From Tubulanus polymorphus (taxonomy: Eukaryota > Animalia > Nemertea): a stretch of DNA of 64,000 bases. The DNA lies in NCBI RefSeq assembly GCF_964204645.1, contig NC_134030.1:20234210-20298209 (forward strand), read 5' to 3'. The position numbers and the translations under genes are program-made. Below the pieces are notes generated by a model. The model was not told where the DNA came from and made no database searches. It saw nothing but the letters and a program-made list of their open reading frames with translations. Shown here piece after piece: positions 36,101-49,700 of the stretch (its first letter is position 1; each line of letters opens with the position of its first letter).

Positions 36101-39100
36101 CGACAGGTCTCAAACACTGACCTGACAGGCAAGCAAACTATGACGTCACGCGCTCTCTGGCGCGACGAGCACTCGGTCATCCGTTGTGAAAATCAGGTAA
36201 CACTCAATTATCAATGAGCTTTGAACAGAATTTCTAGGCTTCCAAATCTGTACACCAAACTAAATTCGTTACTCTACTCAACGATTGGTAAATTTTTCAT
36301 TGAAAGTTCATTTATTTAACGGAACATTTCCTTTCGCTGAAATGTAAAGAGAAATTGAACACGGGTGACCGAGTAGCTACCGGCGAACCTGACAGATCAT
36401 CGCTTGCCATAAGTGGAATCCTCGATTGCCATACAACCGACAATTCCCGACGATTGCGCATATTCATTGCGCACGATTACCTGGTCTGCGTGAATATTAA
36501 ACTGAAGTGTGGTTCGAATGCTGCATGCGAGTAGGAACTATTATGAAAAAATGTGCGCCAGTCTAATACATGTGCACAATGAGGAAAAAGAGGCATGTGA
36601 AACGGGGAAAAGTGTGATAGCGGTGAAGAAAAAGTGTTTGAAAAATGGCGGAGGAGAAAAAGAAACATAATTCAAATATTATCACATTGCGAAAAAATAT
36701 TCAATCAAAATTCATTAATTGAATGCATAACTTTCAATAAATAGAAAAATGTTTTATTTGTTCATGAATTATTTTTGAATCCTCGACTTCATGTCCACTC
36801 TATGTATTCATTTCACGGAGACCGGTCCTTTTTGAAAGTGCTCTTATAGCTCATGACTTGTGTTTGTGGCTTATTTTCAATTAGAAACGTCTCAGGTGAA
36901 GCACTGGATACATGTGAAGTGTGGGCGATCAGTTTTTGAAAGTGTGCTGATAAAATGTCTAATATCTGGTGTTTGTAGTTCATTTTCAATTAAAAATGTC
37001 TCAGGTGAAGCACTGGACGTATGAGACGTGTGGACGATCAGTTTTTGAAATTTTGCTAATAAAAATGTCTAATATCTGGTGTTTGTAGTTCTTTTTCAAT
37101 TGAAAATGTCTCAGGTGAAGCACTGAACACATGTGAAGTGTGGACGATCAGTTTTTGAAAGTGCGCTGATAAAATATCTAATGTCTGGTGTTTGTAGTTC
37201 ATTTTCAATTAAAAATGTCTCAGGTGAAGCACTGAACACATGTGAAGTGTGGACGATCAGTTTTTGAGAGTGAGCTGATACAATGTCTAATATCTGGTGT
37301 TTGTAGTTCATTTTCAATTAAAAATGTCTCAGGTGAAGCACTGAACACATGTGAAGTGTGGACGATCAGTTTTTGAAAGTGTGCTGATAAAATATCTAAT
37401 ATCTGGTGTTTTTTATTCGTTCATCAGATAGACAGTTGTAAATTTCCAGTTGAAAATGTCGGTTAAGCCGAAATTTTCATTATTTTCACTGGGGATTAAA
37501 GGATTTCATGTTAATTGAGGTAAATTGGATATTTTATTCTCTAAAGTTATTCGTCTACTGGGGTTTATTATGCGGTATTAGTTCATCTGAATTGCAATGA
37601 ATATTACATTTTATTGCTACATTTGAATAATACGTAATTGCGTTGAATTGAAAACCCACAAATGTATGCAAAGCAAATCGTATTATCGACTTAACTATAT
37701 CACTGAAATTGACATTTGTATGCTCGGTCTTGAAAAGGGGGCTGAATTTATAAATCCCTGTTATTGCAACAAAATCACCCGTATAGGATACAACAGATGA
37801 GAACTTCCCGAAATCGAATTGAGGACAATAAAACTTATCTTAATCATTACAATAAAAGGTTAATTCTTTATTTTCTTCTATATTGAAATGTAGGCTTGTT
37901 TGCCCATCTTATCGATTCGATCGGATGATTGATTTGATTTCATTGGATGTTGATTTGGTGTCGCTTACGAACCCACCAATCGCACCTGTCGGAAAAGAGA
38001 CAGTTGGTTCGATTTCCGAATCGGAAATCGAAGTTCAGATATAGCTTTGTGCTAATGATTAATCTATTCCAAGTCCTATTTAGTGATGTTAGATAATGGA
38101 CATGCCATGTAGCAAGAGGCTGAAATGTGCAACTATCCAAACTGTGTGTATATTGTATTGTATCGTCCCCATGCAAAATGATGCCAGAAACATTCTGTGT
38201 AATAAAACAAACTTTCATGTGACCAGCACAACCCCTCAATCATTCGGGTACAAAAGCAGCGTCCCTACAGATCAGTTATTCCTGGAGATAATGAGTTTCT
38301 AAGGAGAAAATTTCAGATTTCGAGGAAGCGTCTGCATCACTTTCATATCCCAATTACTGTAGACTCATCCTAAATCGGTCATGTTTATCTCGGTAAACTT
38401 TATGATCGCCTATTAAGTTTCTCATAATTGAAGGAGTTTCCTGCAGTTTACTCAAACTAAAGGAGTTTCAGGCAACTTGAAAAGCAGTTTCGGTTTATAA
38501 AGAGTTTTTAAGGAATCAAGGAGTCGTATAGATTCCCTGGAAAGAATCAACCTATTTTAAAAGAATTAGAATACAGATCAATAACACATCAAGCATGGAC
38601 CAATTGAGAAAAAAAGCACTGAAGTCCGCGCAAGATGACAGACAACAAAAGCGAAAGCGTTAAAGGGAGGGGAAGGATTTATTTTTTTGATTTGATCTAA
38701 TTCATTTTTTGGATAGTGAAATATTGTTATGTTTCATTTGTCTTCAAGCCTGCGTCGATCAACAGCCGGGAACCCCCTCAAAACAACCCATCGAGACCCA
38801 ATCGGCAAATTATAAATCGTCCAAATCTTAACCGCGTTCAAAACCTCTTGGGACATTTTGAATTGAAAATGAACTAAAAATGAACCGTGGAGACCAGCCA
38901 TTAGATCTAATTAGATATACGGCCAAATCGAATTCAACAACATCTATTTAATGCCACTGTTAACATTTCAGCGCCAAGATTTCTACCTTCACAATCTCAC
39001 TCAAATCCAATTGTTTATAATACCATTTTTGATAACACAAAACTGGTTTTAACGGCATATTGTTCATTGATCCCAACAGCGTTATAAAGGACTGATGGTT

Positions 39101-42100
39101 GTACTTGATCAGCGCGGAACTAGTTGTCTCGAGGGATGGTTCTAGGCTTACCCGTATTAATTTTCACCCCCATCAAAACTACATATGTATCCAAAATAAT
39201 GTAATATACATAAGGATAAAACAAAATGCTACCTCGTTTCTCTTTCGGCCGAGGGGTCACTATCGTAAACAACGAAAACATTTTTTATCAGTTCATTTCT
39301 TAAGCTGCCGGATCCGTCATGGTAAGATTGATCTATATTTTTCCGAAGTAATGTACTGCAGGACCCAGCTCCACAGTTGTGAGTTTGAGTTTAATTCAAC
39401 TCAGAACAGTGGAACTGGATCCGGGATAGGTAGGCGGCTGGCCGGGTCAATTTTCAAGCTCAGCAGGAATGAGAAACGAGGTATCAATTTGTTTTAGCCT
39501 AAGAATACAAAATCCATGCATCCAGTTTCATTCTCTTCGATTTTCGCTCGGAACATAGACCTCAAATCGATTCGATATGAGTTCTATGCTCGGAAATATG
39601 GCTACAATTTCCGCGTGATCTCTAGAGAACGCCTCAGTAAAACTACACACTATTAAAAGCAGCTGAGTTCATCGAAAACAAGCGGCTGAAATAAAATAGC
39701 ATGGATACATTTATATCAACACACCCGCCACTCAAATCTATCAGCCATCCTGCCCAGCGGCAGGGATTCGAACCTGATCGAGTCACCGCTGAGAACCTGA
39801 CCTAGTTACCTATCGTTGGAGGTATAAGCTTTTATAATCGGATGGGCTTATACCAACGTTACGGACGACAAGGGGCAACAAAACACCGTTGAAAAATTAA
39901 CGCTTAAAAAATTTGGTTTGTGAAAATATTCGATCGTGAAACTAAACCACAGACATGTAGCCGATTAGGCACTTGCCGTGGCTGAGTGTAGCGATGCCAT
40001 CAGGTTCGAATCCCTGCCGAGAGAGGATGTCTATCAGCGTGCTGTTTATCAGCATATTTGTATGATGTATATCCTGTGAAATATATCGAGGAGGGCGTAT
40101 CCTGGAATCGCTACTGGCAGACAAGAGTCGAAACACTTTTGAGGAAAACTTTTTGCACATTTCTGGATATGGAGGCAGCAATATCTGAGACTTTTCTTTT
40201 CAGCAAGTGGCAACTTTTAGGTCAAGAAAACAACTTTGTTAGTTGATTTCAGTTGTTTTCGCTAAAAAATCAATTTTTAGGACAAGAAAACAAAGTTGTT
40301 TTCAGGCCCTAGAAATGTTTTCAGCAGGTGCTGCTTGCTGTAAACAGCTAAAACAACTTTTAGGTCGAGAAAGCAACTTCGTGGTTTTCAGACCCTTACA
40401 ATGTTGTTCCAAGTGGGTGCTGAGATCAGCCCCAATTGCTGAAAACAACAGTTTGAGATTAGCAACTATCGCTGTTTCATGATGCGCTGAAAACTACATT
40501 TTGTTCCAGAAAACAACCTAAGTCAACCTAAAAAATGTTGGTGGCGAAATCAACTAGTAACTGAGGGCGACTTGAGTGACAGGTGAACGAACATTCGAAG
40601 CGTTTGGGGATTTGTTTTGAACAAATATAGTGTCTCACTCTTCTTTCTCGTCGATCGCCATCTGGTCGGTCGCGTCCGGCGGTTTAGAATCGTCGTCGCT
40701 AGGTGGCGCTTCCTCCTCTTTGACCAGTTCCTTGCTAGAGAAGTTCGCAACAACGAAACATTTACACGATGAAAATAGACAAACGTCACAACTCGAAACC
40801 GACGTACGATAATATTAATAATAAACATCACGCATCACGCAACAACAATATTTCAGAAGGATATACACGCCTGGCTGTAATCTAAATCAGATTTCTAGAT
40901 TAATGTATCGTATAGGCCTGAAGACTATATCACATGGAGTGCCGGCTTGATAGTACGGTGCTGCCGCCTGGTGCCGCACGAATATACTCGTAGTTCGGCA
41001 CTGGAGCTGTAACATAGTCAGCCTTTGCTTGAAATTGACCAATGAGCCACAGTGGCTTGACGCAAACAGCTTTTGACCCCAGGGCCCAGTTTCACAAAAA
41101 GGTCTATCTCTTAAATCGATTTAATTTCTTCATTAATTCAGTTTATCTTAAATCGATTTAGGCCTTAATCCTTTTTGGTAAACTGGGACCAGTATCCTAG
41201 GTACTTGATGAAAAAAAAACACCTAGGATACTGGGGCCAAAAAACGTTTTGCCTCAGGCCCCTGTACAATGAGCATAGAGCATGAAGCAGTTCCTTTGTA
41301 TTGCCTACGAGTAATTGCTCGTAGGTATTGCCAGCCAATCAGGAACTGTGTCATTTCCATACAGTGTGAATATCAGTGACTATAAATAAGAAGAATTTTA
41401 CGAATATGTTCATAGCCAGCCCCAGTGACAGAACCCGGAAGTACCAGTATATTCGTAGCTGGCACTCAACGCGTTTTAAAATAAGGTCGAAACCTGTTGC
41501 ATTTTTCCCAACAGGGGTGGAGCCAATGGCTAATTTTTAAGAACTTATTGGAGAATACTTTAGGCTTAGCAGGGTTTTATGAATATAGCCGCGGGTTTCA
41601 GAGGAGCTCATCGCACATAATGGAAACTTTCACCTAGCAGATGATAAACTGGGGCTGGTTTTATAGATTATCATTATCTTTAACCCGGGGGCTAACTAAA
41701 TTCATTTTCAATTGAATGAGCCCCAAGGTTAAAGGTAATACTAGTCTTCAAGACCAGGCCCTGGGTTCTGTTACTTCTGCGAAAGTAATAATAGATGGCG
41801 CCGAAGTTAACGGTAGGGTGAACTTCAGTCTTTGGAGTTAGTCGACTATTTGCGAACTAAGTGAAACCGAATTATGTCAGTTAGTCGGAACTATAGTTCA
41901 GAAATCATCGAGCACCGTCGCATTATAGTTTGAACCTAGTTCCAAGATAATAAGATAAAAACCCACTATGCACAGGTTAAAATAATTCTAAAATCTTTTA
42001 AAATTCATTTATTTGAAAAACCTACAAAAACACGACGTTTCGATCTCATACTAGAGATCATCGTCAGGTGTAATTATTTCAATCTGTTCATAGCGGGTTT

Positions 42101-43721
42101 TTATCTAATCATCCGTTCACCACGTTTGAGTGTGGTTATTCTACTAGTTTCAAGATGGTTGAAACCGAACTATAGCGCATTCGGTTGTTAGCACGGACCA
42201 CTAGTCGACTTAAACTCGGAAAGCTAAGGTTCACCTATAGATGGCGTTGTCGTACGCGACTAAACCCGGTCTTACCTCATTCCTTCCTCCATCGACCTCT
42301 CCCTGACCTTCGTGTGACCTTTGCCGCAGAAGTTCACGCAGATGTGATTCAGAATTCCGCACTCGTTCATGAAGTAGCACGACACGTCGATGATGATGAG
42401 GAATATGAGGAAAACGGTGATGACGATCGCGATGATCGTACCAGTCGACATGTTGTGAGCCGCTAGAGCCGCTGCCGGATCTGAAATAACGAGGTTATTA
42501 TTGATAAATGTCATATAACATATTTGACGCAGTGACTGTTGTTACTTTGAAAGGGTCCGATCTCTAGACTGGTTACCGGTCTCTATCCATATTGAATGGG
42601 ACAGGCAACCAGTCTATCCGATCTCAGGACTTGTCCGATCGCCCGGGACTAAGTGTCCTGTCCTGTGGCATGGTGGATAAGGCGTTTGACTCACAACCTA
42701 TAGGTTGTGGGTTCGAATCCTAGTGAAACCATGTTATTCAGGCAGGACACGTATCACTCCCGGTCGACTCACTTATTCAATAAGGGTCTTCAGCATGATG
42801 AAGCTGGCCAGTAAGCGGTAGAACGGTAGACGTATATTTTTGTTAGGGTACTGTACTGAATTCCATTTCCCGTCACTCACCGAGTAGATATCATGCAAAA
42901 ATGATTTTTTTTTAAGGTAGACTCATCGGGTACTCATTGTATACGGAAGTCAACGAGACCCTCCCACTTACTTTTAAGAATAAATGGAGGCAAACCTGAA
43001 CGCAAAATCGAGATGATTCTAGAATTATGAAGCCCGACATGAAATGGCTAAACGGCCTTTTTCTCGTCCACGCTGTTGAAACCGCCGACCAAACATAATG
43101 AGAAATGGACGACGAAACCTTCACCGAGAAGCTTAGTGCCTGATATGTACCACAGATGTGGGTACACTAGGATCGTAGAGCGACGGAGATCACTGCGGAG
43201 ACAACCACACTGCCAGTACTGGGTGTAACGAAACCATGAAGTCAAGAGCTACTGCCTTCTTATCCTCAAGTCATACTCAGTGAATGCACAAGTACAACAA
43301 TTGGGCTAAAAAATGATACCTTGTTTCTCCTAATTGGTAAATTGCAATAACATTTGTAATCAGTGACATAACTGCCGGGTCTGTTATTAATTGCTTGATT
43401 ATGATTGTAAACAAAATAATGTACAGGGCCCAGTTTCACGAAAAAGTTTATGCTTAAAACGGTTAAGTTCGAATTGTTGTCCTCATTGAAAACATGAAGT
43501 AACCAATGGCAATTAAACCAAAAATTTGAGTTAAACTCTTTTGTGAAACTGGGCCCAGGGTATAATATAGGCAGCCGCCCGGATCAGTTTTAAACGCAAC
43601 AGAAATGAGAAACAAGGTATCAATTCTCTTAAACCTTTTTCCATCAATTTTCGTTCCTCTTTCAATCTCATAGTTCAAACCGCATTTTTCACATTTAATA
43701 AAAACATATTTTATTGATAAT

Positions 43722-43752
<31 letters not shown>

Positions 43753-46700
43753 TTACACGTAATATACATATAGTTTACGGTATATATATATATATATATA
43801 TATACATCAGGATCATGCTGTAAATATTTGTGTATATAGAAAATAAAAATTAACCAATTTTCATAATACATTCATGTAAAAATAATCAGCAAACAAAACA
43901 CTAACCTTTTTTCTTACTAAATGACCTAATAACTAACCAACCCGTGTCTACGCGACGATATCCCAAAACCGGGTTAAATGAAATCGTCTTGGAGAGTGTG
44001 GGCCAGTTGCTCGAAAGTTGGTTGCGAATGATAAACGTAGTGGAAATTGAAACTTTTATGTTATCACGCGTTGTTTATCCAAAAGTTTCCTTACACCAAC
44101 CTTTCAGCAAATGGCCAACGTCATACGTCCAAAAGTTCAGTTTAACCAACTTTTGAGCTACTGGCCCTTAGTATTCGAACAGGATACCAAAATACCAATG
44201 AACTCGTCTACCAGAAACTTACGCTTGATTTATTACCCATGATAAATCAATATTCGCGAAGACGATAATAGGGATATGGTCGAAACAAAAATGAAAATTC
44301 TTGCTCAAAGACACCTTTTGAACAAATCTTTCTTTCCTGTATTTTGAAATTTTACCATATAATTTCTAGTTCACCATGTTGAACAAAGGGCTTTATCATA
44401 CATGCATTGATACTTTATCAGTGCTGATGAATTAATACCCGAAAGCACTGCGCACTGGAGATAATGATTTTTTTTTTTTTAATTACACCCCAGGTCATTG
44501 TATAACAGGAATACCACTATAGTGCGTCTACACCGCAGTGCGGCGTATCGTTAGTTACAAATCTATAACTACGTTTCGTAGGTGCTACCATCTTTCAATA
44601 GAGGTAACAAACAACATCAATACACTGTGATGCGGTGTACTAGCAAAGATCATCACTGATTAATACACTGCACCGCGGTGTAGACGCTTTGAATGGCCAT
44701 TCACTTATCATCAATGTACGTTAGGGCTAGGGGCTGGTTGTCAATCAGATTGTTACTTGGTGACACTTAAGTCAACCCCGGTGGGTTAAGATATCTTCGT
44801 GTAGACAAAGCTAATCAATCTTCATTAGAATTAATATATAAATATCATAAATAATATCGATTATAACGTGGTTTCAACTACTTATTTGTTTTGCGGAGTA
44901 GACGAAAGTAAATTATAGAAATAAATAAATAAACCAGCAGCGAGTGGCTGTGAGGCATTCGATAATACAAAACATCCGAGTACAAAATTTCGAATATAGA
45001 AAATCAAAGTGTTACACGATAATTCGTTGAGCATCGCATCTCTTGATTTAGAAAAAATACTATAAAACACCCAGCCGATAAAACGTGTATATACAAAATC
45101 ACCGTATTTGCATGAGAAGAGCAGTTGTTATTACAAGGTGACAACTTTACTAGCATGTAGCGGGCCCCGTAACAACAAAACAAACAATTTACTTTGTTAC
45201 TCATTTCTCATTTTTACATTTCTAATTATGAAAAGAAATATCAAGCCAAAAAAATTACTTTTTACAACCATAACAACATAGTACGCGTATATGGGAATCT
45301 CTGAATCAGGCTGTCGTTCAAAGTTTTCTAAGGGAGGGGCACAAGAACCCTGTCAAGTTTTGTGCAGAGGCAATAGGCCTGTGTAGTGCAGGTGGATGTT
45401 ATGGTGGTGAAGAGCAACTGAAAAGGAACCAAAAAGGCCAGGTGTGCGAGGGTCCTTCCCTGAAAAATCTTGAATAGGATTCAAGCCCTTGGGCCTATTT
45501 ACATAGAATTCCTTCCCAAAACTAATTCTTATCGCAGCCACTATTGTGGAAAGTGAATGCCCTCAATGCCAGGACCAAATTGGACATCGCGCCCAAATAG
45601 CTAATTAGTTGGGTCCAGTCAGTGGGGAACCATAGCAGACGGTCTGAAGAGCACTCGGTCTCACTAGCAGTTTCAGTAATTCAGTGGGACAAGGCGTGAT
45701 GTTGTCACATTTACTGATCAGTGCCGAGTGACAAGTGCAGGTTCCAGTCCTGCTGGCCGCTTACAGTGCGCGGGCAACAATTCGAAAGTGTCGGTGGCGT
45801 GGTGAGGTTAAACGAACAATCAAATCGGGCTTGACTTCAGAAAAACCAAGATCCGAACGACTTCGAGCGAGATTAAACTAACGCGTTTAATGAGATGCCG
45901 CGTGATATGCTGAACGGGACTCAAATTGGTGTTGAGATCTACGAGCCGAAGTTTGGAATGATAATAAAATCTGGCAGTTTATGATCTTTATATTATCGTG
46001 TTAAGTATATCGGTTTATCAGGGATGTACCTAGTATTAGTACGTTGGTTGGGAGAAGGGGGGGGGGCAGAGAAAAATTACAAGTTACCTAGAGTAAAAAC
46101 CAATATAAAAATTCTTCTTATAAGCCTTAACAAAATTAAAACAAAATGCTTGTCAGTCCCAAGTGAAGGATTCCACATTAAATTTCTATTTGATATAACA
46201 ATAATATTTGCTAAAGGGCACTTTTCCAAAATTTCTAGGGGGGGGGCATGCACCATGTACCGTCCTGGTAATACTCGAGTAGGTATTTTCATTCATTAGT
46301 CGGGAAGTTCTTTCAATAAATTCTTCGACAAAGAGATCTTACTCGTCCAAAAATTTGCCAGAATTCTTATGTTGACAAAATCTGATCGATACTTTCACCA
46401 GAATCGGTACTTAGACGACGGAAAATTCTATTCGTACTTTTCAAAATTACAGCTCAAAATAATATCAATTTTTTCCCTATATACGTACAGCAACTTTATA
46501 TATTACATATGTATCACCAATTGAAGAAAAAAAAAACAGGAATGATGTCCTCAACAATCCACCAACTGACGAAACATAATTGCAGTTGGTCCCGCGCAAA
46601 ATTTCACTGCCTTTAAAACAGGCCTACAATGTAAAACACATCGGGAGCCTATATACAGGTAGATTACACACATTCGCTATTACATTATTCGATCAGTAAT

Positions 46701-49700
46701 GAACCTATAGTCCAGTTATATGAAAAAACCCTCGAAAAAAATGTCTTCTTTACTCAACACGAAACCATTTTTTTAAGAATCCTGAGTGACCAATGTTGAC
46801 TCCATGAAGCACGGCAGTCCCTCTATCACATAGACCACTCTCTACCCATTCCCTATCCACTGAGTGCCCTCTCTATCCACTGCATCCACCCTCTCTCCAC
46901 TAGTCCAATCTCTACCACTTAGCCCATTCTCTATGCACTGAACCAATTCTCTATCCACTGAGTCCACTCTCAAATCCACTAGCCCATTCTCTATCCATTG
47001 AGTCCACCATCTATCTACTTATCCACTGAGTCCTCTCTATCTATTCCCTATACACTGAGTCCATTCTCTAATCCAGTGAGTCCCCTCTCAATCCACTAGC
47101 CCATTCTCTATCCACTAGCCCATTCTCTATCCACTAGCCCATTCTCTATCCACTTAGCCCATTCTCTATGCACTGAGCCAATTCTCCATCCAATGAGTCC
47201 ACCCTCCATCTACTTATCCACCGAGTCCTCTCTATCCATTCCCTATACACTAAATCCCTTCTCTAATCCACTGTCAATCCACTGAATTATACATATTGTC
47301 ATGTACAGCGTTCATTTACACGAGTATCCGGTGTGAAAAGCAGCAATACTCGACCACAACATTACCGGGTACTTCGTTTCTTTCGCAAAAAAAACCACGA
47401 TACCATTCTATATTTCATAAACTATAATCCACTCCGGCAGATTTTAACAATATCAAAAGCAATTGCCATATTTCCCAAAGTGAATCGCATGTCTTAGTCG
47501 TAACTAAATTGTCTTTTCTACACGGTAGTTCACGTCATATTTCATACTATGGTCGATTATGAGCCACAGATGCGGCGTAACTGATTTTAATCATCTACTG
47601 CGATGAACTTAAGTCTGAAGAATATTCACAATGTTTTACGCCATAATTTTCGTTGTTTACACGAACTCCATTTAAAGAATGAAGAGGTAAATAAAAACTG
47701 TGACCGAAGAGTGACGACTTTCGATCGTTTTTACTTTCGCTTAAACGGCAAGTGAATGACGCACCGGATGAACTGCACGCGTACGCAGATGGATTTCATT
47801 TTAAAAAGACGAATTTGCATTGAGACTTAATTGAGTTATATTGCCGCAATAGTTGATGTCCTACTGTGCACTAGCGACACCTAGTGGATCCTCACTTTCC
47901 ACAAGTGGAATCCTCTACTGCTGCAGTAGTTGATGTCCTACTGCACACTAGCGACACCTGGTGGATCCTCACTTGCTACAAGTGGAATCCTCTATTGCCG
48001 CCATAGTTGATGTCCTACTGCACACTAGCGACACCTAGTGGATCCTCACCTGCCACAAGTGGAACCATTAACTGCTACAGTAGTTGATGTCCTACTGCGC
48101 ACTAGCTACACCTGGTGGATCCTCACTTGCCACAAGTGAAATCCTCTATTGCCGCAGTAGTTAATGTCCTACTGCACACTAGCGACACCTGGCGGATCTG
48201 CACTGGCAACAAGTAGTCGATGCCCTACAGCACGATACGTTTAAACACATTTATAGCGGTAATATACATGCACGGCAACTTAAAAAACATAAACGACACA
48301 ACAACACGGATCACAGTAATACAGTAGAGGTGGCGGTGGATATCACAACAACGGGTAGTAGCAACGCGACGACGACGACGACGCGGTCGAGGTGGTGGCG
48401 CGTCGCTTTCGACGCCAATACCGGACCAGTTTCTCCGATCGACGCTGAAATTACAAACAAAATAAAAACACGGTAAGAAAAAGACATCCACGATGCGAAA
48501 AAAACGTTAACCGCGATTAAAAAAATAAAACGAGAAACAAGAAACATTACCGAACGGTTTTGGATCGTTTAAAATCTTGGAAACGCATTTTTAGTTTAAC
48601 CTTTTCAGTGCGTCTACACGGTGTATAAATCAGTGATAGATTTTGCTAGTACACTGCAATGCGGTGTATCGATGTAATTAGTAATTATCTCTCTTGAGAG
48701 ATGGCAGCACCTGTCAAACATTGTGAAATATTAGTAACTAACGATACACCGCGCCGAGGTGTAGACGCACTATAGTGGTATTCCTGTTATTCAACACACT
48801 AGGGTGGAATTTTTCAGAATTTTCAAATTATCTCCGGCACTATTAGGGTATTGATTAGTCAGCACTGAAAGGGTTAAACTCATTTTGATGTAGAAATTGA
48901 TATATGGAATTGCCTTATAAAAATCCTTATTATTATTGCTTAGAATATTTTTACGAAAGAACCAAAATGTCGGTTGAATTCACGTAAGACGCAGTTTTTC
49001 AACGCAGAGATTTCTCTCATTACGCTCGAATATAAATCGACACAAATCTAATACGTCAGTCGACCGCCGAGACAAAACTTACCGAAACTGCTACAAAAAA
49101 TTAGATTCAGAATTGAAAATTTCTCACAAACCCGTGCGCAAACTGATGATAACTATCACATATACACACAATAACGAATTCAGGGTAGTCGAACTAAAAC
49201 GTGGCCGGGTCTGGGTCGGATTCAGGTAGGGAAGGGTGCTAACCCAAAATATTGCATATCATTAGAATTAAAAGGTACCCTCCTCCTCGTAAGAAAGCTT
49301 ATCGGAAATATAGAGATTCAGCTTATGATTTTAACATTTCTAGGAATCATTTGGATGTGTTTTACTTTCCTGTTGGCGCACCCGCTGCAATGGTGGTACA
49401 TCCTGTGGGATCAAGATATCTTGTAGTAGCTCATGTCTCAGCATATATTCGAGGCCAAAAACTTGAAATTATTTTTTTGTACTAAACTGCGACTAGACAA
49501 ATATTTTATGCACTAGACTTCCCCTAGACAAATATTTTATGTACTAGACTGCCCCTAGACCAATATTTTATATACTAGACTGCCCCTAGACAAATATTTT
49601 ATGCACTAGACTTCCCCTAGACAAATATTTTATGTACTAGACTGCCCCTAGACAAATATTTTATATACTAGACTGCCCCTAGACAAATATTTTATGTACT

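Noticed and set aside
43906-43925. 20-nt candidate microexon (tag|GTCATTTAGTAAGAAAAAAG|gttag) before the TM exon
   Set aside because: Weak pyrimidine tract, and it would throw the TM exon out of frame
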